64,000 bases of DNA from Camelus dromedarius. Taxonomy: Eukaryota. The translations under genes and the position numbers were made by a program. Below are positions 52,457 to 64,000 of this stretch, in pieces; position 1 is the first letter of the stretch; every line of letters starts with the position of its first letter. The stretch is from NCBI RefSeq assembly GCF_036321535.1, contig NC_087436.1, forward strand, positions 11,780,001 through 11,844,000, given 5' to 3'. The notes beneath the pieces were generated by a model. It made no database searches. It saw only the letters and a list, made by a program, of their open reading frames with translations, and was not told the DNA's origin.

Positions 52457-53145
52457 AAAAGCTTCTAATTAGCTGCTTTTAATCTCTATATAATGTAGTA
52501 TGATATAATGTAGTCATTTTCTTTTAGATTTTGTGCAGTTCATATTTAACATTTATTTTTTACGCATTTAAATATTAATAGACATTACATAAATAGACTC
52601 TTAGGTAAAAATATAAGAACTTGGTCTATAACATCCATTTTCCTACATACATGACACAGAGGACCATAGAAGAGATTTCAGTGATTTTGCCATTTTAGGC
52701 TTAGATGCAATATTCCACATGTTATTTACAGTAGAGAACTTTTTGAGTAATTCTAGCTTTTAAAAATTAGTGAGGCCTTTTAATGTAATCGGTGACAGTG
52801 TCACATAATGAATGCCATTGGAAAGGTCAACAGCTACAGCTTGAGTTGTGAACACAATATATTGCAAGACTTAATTAGTCCAGTGTAAATCGCCATTTGT
52901 CTCTTGTGCTGACCAGCTACATAAGCATGATCTTGTTACTGCATTCTTGACGGGAAGAAAATGTAAATGTTTAGCAAGAGGTTTTATGAAGGGAATAGAA
53001 ATTGACTTCTTGCTTGTTCATATGAGGGCACTGCTATGGTATTATTCAGTCTGTTAACACTACTTCAGAGTGTAGGGTTTCTCTTGGTTGTAGATTGTCC
53101 CAGAATTGCATTCTGAATGAATAAAGGTTAAAAAAAAGTCCCCAT
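52457..53145 (+). other. CPE: CPE 3'UTR (end approximate)
   Basis: AT-rich, repeat-free sequence after the stop, ending shortly after AATAAA and followed by T/GT-rich downstream sequence. Confidence 0.8.
53120..53125 (+). terminator. CPE: Polyadenylation signal of CPE
   Basis: ctgaatgAATAAAggtt, with GT/T-rich sequence at about 53145-53200. Confidence 0.85.
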
Positions 53146-53573
53146 GGTCTGTATTTTAATTCTCTGTGATTTTTTTGGTCTGGAGTTGTGGTCTTGTGAT
53201 TTAAAAAAAAAGCATGCCCTTGACAGTGGCATCTCACTGGTCCATCCTCTGTACTTTGAAATGCATTACGTGACTGCTGCATGCCAAGCACAGTGCAAGC
53301 TCTGAGCACTGTTTTGGTGGACAAGGGTCTGATTCCATGGATCTTAGGGATCAGTTGTGGACACAGACTTTAAATAAACTTATGCACAAATGAATATGTA
53401 CTTACGCATTGTGATGAGTAAATGACAGGAAGGACTGGTATGTAGGGAAAGAGTGTCAGAGCAACTTCCGTTAGCCTGGATGAGGGCGCTCAGGGGTGGC
53501 CTCTCATGCATGTGAGCCCAGATGTAAACTCTGAGTAGGTGTCAGCAACGCAGAGTGCCTGAGCGCAGGGGGA

Positions 53574-53592
53574 GTGTGTGTGTGTGTGTGTG
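53574..53592. repeat. (TG)n microsatellite
   Basis: Directly visible. Confidence 0.9.
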
Positions 53593-55596
53593 CACGCATG
53601 TACGGTAGTGGTGGTATGAATGCTCAACTCTCTAGGTACAGATTTTTGTTAAAATAGTGCTAACTGTTGTAGTAACAGACCCCTGACTATATAATGGCGT
53701 AAACACAATAGAAGTGTATTTCTTATTCAGGTTCCTGTACCGGGCAGAAGACAGGAAGATGAGATGGTTTTTCTCTACGCAGTCATTCTTGGGTTCATTC
53801 TGACAGAAGATCTGCCAACTTGTACATTTTGCCACCAAGTTGCCTGCTGGGCATCTCCATCTCAGCTGTTGGGAAAGAGGAAAGAGTGTGGAGGAGCGTG
53901 TGGGGATGTCTGTATGGGCCACGTTACTTCTGCTCACATCATATCACCTAGCATTGTGTTGTCGGGCCATAATAACTGCAGAGGAGTCTGGGAAACGTAG
54001 TCTAGCAGCACCCCTAGGTAGGTGAGGAGGATGTGGTCTTTGGCAAGCATTTAACAGTCCGCCAGGTGGAAGGAACGGTACGTCCATCGGCATTGGCACG
54101 GGAAAGAACGTAGCTCACTGGAGGACTACAGAAGGGCCAGAATGGGTGGATCAGAGATGTGGGAGGTGGAAGGTAAGACCAGGAAAGTCGACAGGGACAA
54201 AATCATGCAGGACCTTATGGACCAGAATTGAAGATGTAAGATTTTATTATTTTTAGAATCACTGAATGGTCTTAAGCTAGGAAGGGACATGATTGAATTT
54301 AACTTTTAAAGGTCATTCTTGCTGCTGTGTCAAGAGTAGAAGCAAGAGTAGGGAAGAGTTAGGAAGCTATCGCTGGGATGGCAGTAGAGATGAGAAGAGG
54401 CGGGTGAGGTCGTGCTTTATTTCAGAGGTAGAATTGACAGACAGCTCTTGGTGAGAAACTGGATGTGGGTGATGAGGGGGAGGCAGGTGTCACAGATGAC
54501 ATCATGTTTCTAACTTGAGCAAATGGGTCCATGGCATGTGGTGTTTTGAAGAAGCAGCAGATTGGAAAAGGTGAGAAGAAAAAATGTCAATATTGGAGAT
54601 GTTAAGCTTGAGATGCATATGCTTGTGAGATGCACAGATGGAGTTGCTGAGTTTATGGTTGCATGGTCTGTGTGCGAAGTTCTCTAAAAGAGGCTCGGAT
54701 TGGAAATAGAGATTTGGGTGTAACTGACATACAAATAAAGTGCTCTGTTATTTAATTATCCAAACCCGGGGCAGTTTTGAGAATGAAAGGGGCACAACTA
54801 ATTTTGCCAGGACAGCAAGTGTAATCCAAGAGCTGCCTGGGGCAAGTTTGGGAGTCGGCTCTCCTGCATGTCAGTGGTGTTTAAAGTCATGGGAGAATAT
54901 AAGATCCCCTAGGAGGAGCCCACAGAGTTAGAAGGAGAACAAGACCCAGACTGAGCTCTGAGGAACTTCTGAATTCTCCTCCTTGTGGTTTATATGACAG
55001 TACAGCTCGTCTATGCTTCAGGAAGAAGCAGCCCTGACTCTCAGTGGTTTAACTTAACAGTAATTTCATGGAATGTGTGTAGGCCTGTGTAACTCTCTAG
55101 GAGGGCTGTCCTGCATGCGGTGACGCAGAGTGGAGGATGTGTCAGGCCTGTGGCTCTGCGTTCTTAGCATAGCTTCCTCAGCCTCTCGTCTGGGTCACAG
55201 GAGCAGACACCTGGGGTCACTGCCATCCACAGCTCACTGGCCAGACCAAGGCATGTAGCCTTGCTGAACCACGGCATTTGTAGTCTCCCCTTCAGGTCAC
55301 CAACATACCTTTGCTCTCCTTTTTCCAAATACAGATTTTAATTAACCCCTCCAGAGGAGAGGGTGCTTAGAGTCAGATCAAATCAAGGCTTGAGATTTTT
55401 GTGGAATCCCACGATAGCCTCTGTATCAGGCCTGTATATGGTCACTCTTGCTTCAGAGACTTATGAACTAAAAAGACAGGTTGTATGAACCCCCCACACC
55501 CACTGCATGATGACAGAGCAGAGTCAAGATAGTGTCAGCAAACATCCCTTTTGGAATCGTGCGCTCTGCAGCATGAGAGGGGTGCAGCATTCACTG

Positions 55597-56076
55597 TGTT
55601 ACTGAAGGCAAGTTCATGTGCCCGCCGCACCATGAGACCAGACAAACTGACATATCAGAGTTTGGAGCAGAGAAAGGTTTAGTGCAGGGCCGAGCAAGGA
55701 GGACGGGGTGTCTCATTCCCAAGAAAACCCCGAACTCCCCGAAGGGTTTCAGCCAAGCATATTTAAAGGCAGGAGGGGACGGGGGCAGTTCTGCAGGGTA
55801 TGTGATCAGCTTGTGCACAATCTTCTGACTGGTTGATGTCGAGGGAACAGAGCGATCAACAGTATCAATCCTGAGATGCCAGAAGACCTGGGGGCCACGT
55901 GCTCTCCATCACCAAGTTGTTCATTTCTTCCTTTTGGTGGTGGTTTTCAGCATCTGAAACATTCAGGAAATATACATAAGATACTGTTATGTGGATGATT
56001 CCGGGAGGAGCTACAGCAGAGGCCATGGGGAAGGGGTCTGACCCTGGGAGGCCTCACGGGGCCTTGCTCGGCCACA
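55597..56076 (-). mobile_element. ERV1-type solo LTR (separate family)
   Basis: tgttactga...gccaca termini; TSD actg/gctg. Confidence 0.8.
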
Positions 56077-57191
56077 GCTGGTCTGCAGAAATTCTTACGT
56101 CTTCCTGAGCGGCTATTTCACAGGCCTCGTCTCCTGGGGATGGAGACGGTTCCTGGCTTCAGAACCGGTTCTACACTCTGGAAAGCGCTTCCTTCTCTCA
56201 TCATTCCCCCGGCCACGGCCTTGCCTTCTTGAACTTCTCTCTCATTCACTCAGGACTAGGTTGACCGATGCCCCACTCAGCAAAGCTGCATCATCTGGAA
56301 CGTGGGACCTCCCGGGTCACTGCAGCACAGGGAAAGAGAGACCCAGGAACCAAGGACGGACTGGACACAGGCCGCAGGGGACACGTCTGCCCTGCTCACA
56401 ATTCACTGGGCAGGACTAGTCACGTGGCCTCGCCTAACCGAACGGGATGCTGGGAACAATGGGCGGGGGGGCAAGTAGAATGTCTGTCTCTGCCACGTGG
56501 CCATGCAGACCGATTCGCCACCCATTCGGCTGTTGGAAGGAAGGTGTTAATTTCATGTAGCCTTGCCCTGCAACCATTTGCAAGTATGATAAAAGGTTTC
56601 AAAGGTCTGAGCTCTCCTGGTCATGGTCTCTACATGCTCTGATTTTATCTGATGAGGAGTCAAGAACTGACTGATATTGAGAAGGAACCTCCTTTCATTT
56701 GGTCAATGTTTCTATGTTGAAGGGCCCCTACTGGAATCAGACTCTTGGCTCCTAGTCCACTACTCACTCACTCCTTCCTGCAGAGAAGCCAGCCACTTAA
56801 TTGTTTGTTAGGTGATGACAGGTGTTCCACCAATTGGGTAGAACAAATCTCTAAAAGGACTGTAAGCCTTTCCTTTCCCTTCCTTCCCTGCCCCAGGCAG
56901 AGGCAGCTCCAGACTCTCCCCTGAGAGCTGAGGGAGGCTTTGAGTGTGTGCACTGGGGTGCAGGGCATGCTTGTAGGCACAGCAGGCTCTTTTGTCCACA
57001 GATCTAATGTCACTTTCTCCAATTCGTTTATCAATAATAAAACTGACAGCGTAACCTGTCTGCTGTTTTCCTATGTCTTATTTTCCAGCTGGTTCTGAAT
57101 TCGTGGATATTGCGTATTGAATCTCTAAAACCTTTAAAAGACATAAATACTTTAATATGTTAGGTGTGGCTTTTTTTTTCAAAAGTGAAAT

Positions 57192-57439
57192 AGAAGGGAT
57201 AAATTAGAAGTTTGAGATTTGCAGATACTAACTACTATATGTAAAATAGATAAACAGCAAGTTTCTTCTGAATAGCACAGGGAACTATATTCAATATCTT
57301 GTAGTAACCTATCATGAAAAGAATATGAAAAGGAATATATGTATGTATATACATGACTGAAACATTATGCGGCACACCAGAAATTGACACAATGTTGGAA
57401 ACTGACTATACTTCAATAAAAAAGAATGCAAATTAAAAA
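57192..57439 (+). mobile_element. L1 3'UTR insertion with perfect TSD
   Basis: TSD aaaagtgaaat at 57181-57191 and 57440-57450; AATAAA and A tail. Confidence 0.9.
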
Positions 57440-57472
57440 AAAAGTGAAATGGGGCCAGCACCTCGTGCATTC

Positions 57473-57543
57473 TTTTTTAAAAATTTTATTGACATACAGT
57501 TGGTTTCCAATGCTGTGTCAATTTCTGGTGTACAGCACAGTGA
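57473..57543 (-). mobile_element. Short L1 3'-terminal insertion
   Basis: ttttattgacatacagttgg...tttctggtgtacagcacagtg flanked by tgcattct repeats. Confidence 0.75.
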
Positions 57544-58931
57544 TGCATTCTGAACACTGTACTTCTCTCATCTCCAAGATGATACTGACCTTTTTTTAGA
57601 GGTTATGTCACATTGTTGCCTCACATAAACTTACCATAAATGAAAACTCTGAATTAAGGTTTTCGATTTGGTTTGAAACTACAGGTTGGGGCAGACAAGA
57701 ACACGGAGGATGTGAGAACTGAGGGGTAAGTTAAGCAGATCGGATATGGACAACAAGAAAAATTGTGTTAGGTAACAAAAATCAGAAAGGGAGGGGACTG
57801 GACAGTTGATTTTAATGAAACCATGAACATATTTGAACTTCACTCTCCTCACTGACAAGGAAAATCAGATCTTACTATGAAAGGAATAGCTAATCTCAAT
57901 CCACATTTGGATTTTCAATTCTTCACATAAACAAAGACAAACTTTACTTGCAGAAAGAGAACTATGGACTCTGATATTCATATTTTATTTATGCAACCTC
58001 TGAAATCTTTCCGCAATTTGGTGTCATGGGAGACTAAAAACCCATCATCTGTCCCAACATATGACTCAACTTCGCTTTTCAGAATCCTCCTGATGGTTGT
58101 CTTCTGTGGTTGGGACTGAATGGCATTTGGAGTGTCTGCCTCAGGAAAGTGCGGACAGAAGACACACTTTATGTCTGTGCTACTTCCTGTTTTGGCTGTT
58201 CTTTGGCAAACATCATTCTACGTACTTACACATGTTCTGATTCTTCATCCTTTATTTCTTTCTAATAGACAACCTGTAGATCAACTCAGTCATAACTTGA
58301 GTTTCTAGAATAGTGTAGGACATACCTTTAGTTTCATGTGATAATTTAAATCACTGCAAATTCCCTGAGAATCAGAGTTTTTAAAAACAGAGCAAAACTT
58401 GGGTGCATCAAGGGTCCTCAGTGCAACCTAAGCAGGTATTGAAATAGCCTGTAATGGTTCAGAAAAGAAGAATCACCTTGATCAAGCTTATTGGAAATGT
58501 TTATGATGCCAGGGGCGGCGAGGCTGGTTCTGTAGATTGCTTTACTTTCTTCTGCCTTCTAGTTTTTAATCTATCTTGGCTTTTTTCCTCTTTTCTCTTC
58601 CTCCTCTTTTCTTCATTCTTTCCTTTTGACGTCTCCTTCAGCAGTTACCAAGTGCTCATGCTGTGGTCTCATCTCCATGGTCTGTGGCCCTGGCCCCCAC
58701 CACTGCAGTCGCCATCATTACACGACTGTCATCCTCCCCGCTACTGAGCATGTGTCTGTGCCACACGCTGCGCCGGGCCCTTGAAAGGCCATATTTTGAA
58801 CCCCTCCTGCAGGACTGTAAGACAGGAAGTGTTGCAGCATCTCTGTTTAACAGATGAAGAAACATGCACAGAAAAATTCCTCACCTCACACAGCTGGTAA
58901 ATGGCAGACCAACACAAAATCCTGATGGCTT

Positions 58932-59520
58932 TGAAGTAGGAGGAAAGGGGTCAGGGCACAACCATTGAAGGAATGACACAGCCACTGAGGACAGGACACA
59001 CTGGTTAGAACCAAGATGGCAGAAGATTCAACTTCCAGTAGACCTTGAGCCTCATGGCACACCCACAGGTGCCGTCACAGTTCCTAGGCTGACCATAAAA
59101 TGGCAAAAAGTGGGCGGGAGGTGTTTCCTGGACGTCCTGACCCCTTCCCCAAAGTAGTTGGAATAATCCTCTGCTCATTAGCATATAAATTTACTGACCC
59201 CATAAAACCTAACAACTCCACACCTCATGGTCTCTCTCTTGCCTTCTGAGACGGCCCACACTCTGTCTATAGAGTGTGTATCTGCTTTTACTTTAAACTC
59301 AACACCCCACACCCCTCAGCTTCTCTCTGTCTCTCACCTGTCTGGGATGGCCACATTCTGCCTACGGAGTGTGTATCTCCTAAGCTGTTTTCCCTTCTGA
59401 GTGAGACAGACCCCACTCTCTGTGGACAGTGTAACTTTCTAAATAAACCTGCTTTCACTTTACCACGCCTTGCTCTTGAATTCTTTCCTGTGCGAGGCAA
59501 GAACCTGTTCTCCTGCAACA
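58932..59520 (+). mobile_element. ERV1-type solo LTR, family B copy 2
   Basis: TG...CA termini; TSD gctt/gcct; homologous to 11897-12491. Confidence 0.9.
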
Positions 59521-59920
59521 GCCTGACCCTGGGTCCATCCTGTTTCCACTCTATCCCATTTCTTTAGCATGACCTGGAAAGAGTTGTAACCTCCTTGATT
59601 AAACACATCTTTATTTTATATTCTTTTGACTACTCGCACATGCCAATTGCTATACTTTGAATTTCTGGGGAGTATTTATTACTTATTCTGATAAAAACCC
59701 TTTAAAGATAACTTAAAAAATTTGCAGATAAAGACAATGAGCCTATTTTATAACTTTGTGCTACATGGAATTTCTGTGAATCAGTTCCATTCATTTCCCT
59801 GTGAACATGGTGTTGTTTGGCACAGATGTTACATTTGGACTGACATAAATGCTGGAGAGACACACATTTCGGGGTTTACCAGGGCGTGTCAGTAACTGAT
59901 AGCAAAGCAGGGCAGGTAAG

Positions 59921-60393
59921 TGTCGATGGAAATAAACACACAGCCTAAAAGTTGAGAGTTATGCTTTATTTGGCGGACATTTCTGAGGACTGGAACCCCT
60001 TCCGAGCCCAGGATGACAGCCTCTCAGATGGCTCTGAGGGGCTGCTCCAAAGAGGCAGGGGAGGAGCCAAGATATACAGGAGCTTTACAACAAAGACCAG
60101 GTAGTTGGAACACTAAAGGTTTACTTGTGAGCTAAAGAAAACCGGACATCTCAAGTTACAGAATTTAGTGCTTTTCTATGTATGAGAGGGAGCAAACATT
60201 TGGGCTCATTGAAATCATTCCTTTGACAAGCACCTAGCTATCTAGGGTCTGTCCTTTCACATTCTGAGTCCCCTCTGGCTGCAGAGGCTGGGCTGCAGGC
60301 TTGTCTTCACTGGGGGGTGGCAGCAGCACTGATGACTTGATGGCTTCAGCATTCTTTGTTTACCGATATGGTTTGTAGTGTTTTTGGTTCACA
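59921..60393 (-). mobile_element. ERV1-type solo LTR (separate family)
   Basis: tgtcga...ttcaca termini; TSD taag/tgag; tttatt (antisense poly(A) signal) near 59965. Confidence 0.8.
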
Positions 60394-60822
60394 TGAGGAA
60401 AGCAGAGCCTGGCACCATGGCTGCCTCCCGTGGCCCCTTCCTCCATGGGAGCAGGGGTTTCTGGGGCGGCCGACCCACTGTGGATTATGGTTGCAGAAGT
60501 TGTGTTTGTCCTGAGGTTGCAGTCAGGGCCAACTACAGCAGGGGTGGAGGGACGGTAGTAGATGAGGTAGTCGGGCCCTAAGGTCAGGTAGAAATTGATG
60601 GAGACAGCACTTCACTAAAGGGACGAAGGGACTCAGACTCTTGTGTCAAGGCAGCTGTCCATGCAGAGTGAGGCTTCTGCTCCTGGACAAAGGTTCCTGG
60701 TCAGACTACAATCTTACGAGGAAGGCCAGCAAGGAGAGGCCTGTGATGCACATAGTAAATGAATTAGTGTGTGTCAGGCATTTGCAAAACTGCCTGGCAT
60801 GGAGCAAGTGCTTAAAAATGTC

Positions 60823-60849
60823 ATTATTATTATTATTATTATTATTATT
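60823..60849. repeat. (ATT)n microsatellite
   Basis: Directly visible. Confidence 0.9.
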
Positions 60850-61318
60850 TTATTATCATCAATATCATCACTCAACAATATGTTATTCTTACTCAAAGGT
60901 GTATTACTTTACTTTTATTACTACTGTCATTATTGCAAGGTAAGTTATGATATTTGCTACTGAGAAACTGGGGCCATGGAAGAAATCTTGGCAAAAGACC
61001 CACAGGTGGGAACCAGTGCTTGGAAATGAAGTGAAAACAGAGGTGTGATGGTGTAACCCAGGGATCTAGGTAAGACCCTTGGAGCTGTTTAAATACCCTT
61101 CTGTTAGATCAGGATGAGCGTAGGCACCTAAAGTTGACCTGAGTCCGATGATAGTTCAGTGAACAGTGGAGAGAAAGAGCTGTGGGCCTCGTTCAGTAAC
61201 AATTTTAGTGTCAACTGTAGTAGTACTTGAAAAACGTAAAATTATGTAAAATAATTATTCATATTTTTCTACTCTATGTTGTGTTTCATCAGTAGCCACT
61301 TAATATTAAGGCCAGAAT

Positions 61319-61863
61319 TCTTAAGCAGTTAGATAAGTCGGGGCACCAGGCAGACAGGTGGGGGAGAGGGAGGAGGGTCCAGAAGATGGCGTTATGCCCG
61401 CCTCCAGCATAAAGGGGCTTTGCTTCCTCTAAATGAGCGCCAGCCAGAAACCAGTTAGAACCCAACAGCCACGACTGCTTGGTACCATAAAGGACTTAAC
61501 TGGACACAACCCAATGTTCATTGTATTATAGTTAACATTTCAGTTTAGGCGCCCCCACCCCCAACCATGGGTTCTTCTGTGTGCATCACGGGTAAGGACG
61601 TGCACAAAGGGGACAAACATGACTGAGCACTCCAGGGGCAAGAGCTGTCAATCAATCAAGAGACCCCCTCTAAGCGAGAGTGTAAGAGACAAAAACTGCT
61701 GCTTTTCCTCCCTTGGATCAGCCCACCTCCCATTCATGGAGGTGTATTTTCCTTTTTTAAATAAATCTTTCAAAATCTTTTGCTACACAATGCACCATCT
61801 CCTGACGGTAAACTTTTCTTTCAGGTATGACAAGAACTGAGGTCTTTACCTTTTGGGGTAAGA
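61319..61863 (+). mobile_element. ERV1-type solo LTR, family A copy 4
   Basis: Reverse-complement homologue of 44399-44945; perfect TSD gaat (61315-61318, 61864-61867); termini tctta...taaga. Confidence 0.88.
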
Positions 61864-64000
61864 GAATGATAATATGAAAAAGAGAAATGAAACCATAATG
61901 AATCTATACTTCAGGATTTGTGAGGTTAGCGTCCAACCTACATTGTGAAAACTTGGTGTTTATGAAATGTCTAAACAGCCAAGTGGAGGGGACAGTGGTG
62001 GAAGATGGTGGGCTCAGGGTAACTGGGTGTGGATGTCTCTCCACGAGTACCTGTTGGAAGGATGATGCTGTGAGAGAGGAGAGGTGCGCGGTGTCGGGTG
62101 AGCAGCCTGCTGGTGAACAAAGGTGTCCCAACACTGACCTACAGATAAATCAGAGCCTGATCAACAGCAAGCAATTTGACACATTTAGAAAACTTACAGG
62201 AAAGACAATGCTGATGAAACAGACATAAACAACCCTGCTCGTTTTACTTTATAAACACTTAAGCATTTACCAACTGCAACTGCTGTAAAACTGGAAGAAA
62301 TACAGTCCTTTTCCTCGTATTTCTATTCTATGATTTTTCAGAGTTAAACTGTAACTAGTTCTGTGTGTTAAAATTGATCTGGCAGAAATCCTATTTGTGG
62401 ACTTGAAAAAAACTGACTAATGAATATTTAATGAAATTCTAAGAAATCACTGATTGATTTTACCATAAAACAAAGCATAACACATGTACAAAATATGTAA
62501 ACCAGAAAATGATACGACTTTTTTGAATCAGTGGTTAAGTTAGTCAAGTTTCAGGAGTTTTAGTGTCATAATAATGCATTCTTCTTATTGTCCTGATTAG
62601 ATGACTTACAGTTTTTCAGTGAGCGTTCTGGCTAACACTTCTGCTTCTTTTTACCCACATTTACACTAATATTTACTCTAGAAATTCCTGAAACATCAGC
62701 CCTGACACCAACAGGCCCACTTCCATCTCTGCCCTTGCAGTGAAACCATCTAAGAGCAGCTGGCCACAGTCATTTGCCCACACCTACGTTTGCTCCAGAA
62801 ACTTCCCAGCAGGTTTTCCTCTGTGTTTATTTTAAACCTTACACTTGAAGAGCCAGATGTTGAGATGAACACGTTGAGCCTGACCAGGGCTCCTTGCATC
62901 TGCTGCCCGGCTCCTCTGGACACGTGAAGCGGGGCTGTGGGATCCGGGGTCTGGTCAGGGGAGACGAAAGCTGCTGTGGTGCAGCCTTCTTCACTTTAAA
63001 CCTAAAATATCTTTCCCTGTGCACTAAACACATGGAGGTATTTCAAAGCCAAGTCTGTGTGTAATTAAAGAAAGCGCCAGCTGTGAGCGGACACCGCACG
63101 GTCCAGCCGCACGTGCTCTTTGTCAGTCTGTGGGCAGCGCCAGCAAACACGCAGCGTTGACAGGCAGATGTGAGAAAAGGATGAAGTGCTGGATTTTGGG
63201 TTGAGTCCTTTGCCCAGTGGATGGTCCTGCGGGCTCCTGCCTGCACAAATGTGGTCATGTTATCTCTTCTTTTATTCACCTGCACAGATGTGAGAATGTA
63301 GCTCCCCGGAATCAGAACACAAGATAACCCGAACTCTAGCACCGTAACTGGGGCAGCTCTGAGCCGCCCATCTGTAACTGGCCTACTTCGGGGATTGGAT
63401 AGTGTGCCCAGTAGTGACAGATGCTTTGGGATTGTACCTGAACGAAAAATAGAAAAGCAGAAAGCCACTCTTTTCCCCACACTTAGGGATCATTTTTTGG
63501 AGTTTTTGCAACACAACAGCGTGTGCCTGTTGCTCCTGCGTTTCTACTTTTCTGTTTCTGCCTGTGTCTTTCTGCGTCTCCTGCTTCCTCTGTCTTTGCA
63601 CGCTTGCACCCTTTTCCTCTACACCCTGGACCTCTCTGGGTCACGACTGCGTTTAGCGGGGAAAGCGGCTGAGGTCCAGCAGCAGGTGCTCTGCCTCCGC
63701 CTCCCCCCTCCCTTGGGAAGGGCCTTCCTTGGCCTCAGCCTTTCTCTGGCAGCTCACCTGCTAGAGGACCCCCCTGACCTTGTACTCAACTTCTAACTCC
63801 CCCAACCCCAGCCCTGACCCCAGGAGCCCAGATCCTAATTCTGGAGTCTCCTGGCTTATCTGAAATCAGGTCCCTGAATGAAGCAGAAATTTAGTAAAGA
63901 ATGAAGTTGCTTCTTGCATTATTGACAAATAGGGGAAACTGTAACCAAAATAACCTAGCCTCAGGAAGAATGAGTTTGGAAAATCAGGCAGCATGGTGGG

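Noticed and set aside
53374..53379. Second AATAAA downstream of CPE
   Set aside because: Lies in an L2-like remnant; no sequence evidence that it is used over the site at 53120

Overview
Mammalian genomic DNA, very probably camelid (two tRNA-derived SINEs resemble the camelid Vic-1 family). The window holds the 3' part of carboxypeptidase E (CPE) on the + strand: the end of the long intron 1, coding exons 2-9 (197, 168, 118, 183, 140, 100, 119 and 99 nt, all GT-AG and in phase), the 3'UTR with AATAAA at 53120, and about 11 kb downstream. The rest is mostly interspersed repeats: L1s, eight or nine ERV1-type solo LTRs with 4-bp TSDs, MLT, L2, MIR and hAT MITEs. The most unusual element is an orphan, unprocessed copy of one KLHL2-like exon (BACK domain) with intact splice sites, antisense in CPE intron 5 (34013-34122), inside a tangle of nested and truncated L1s. 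Two of those L1s are inverted and share a near-identical tract that looks like gene conversion. Lesser findings: a synonymous +4/+4 alternative splice register in intron 4, a recursive-splice-type motif at exon 2, two CTCF-like motifs, CpG-rich peaks and several symmetric arm-to-arm changes. There is no prokaryote-type system. Repeat family names and orthologue comparisons come from recalled knowledge, not database searches.
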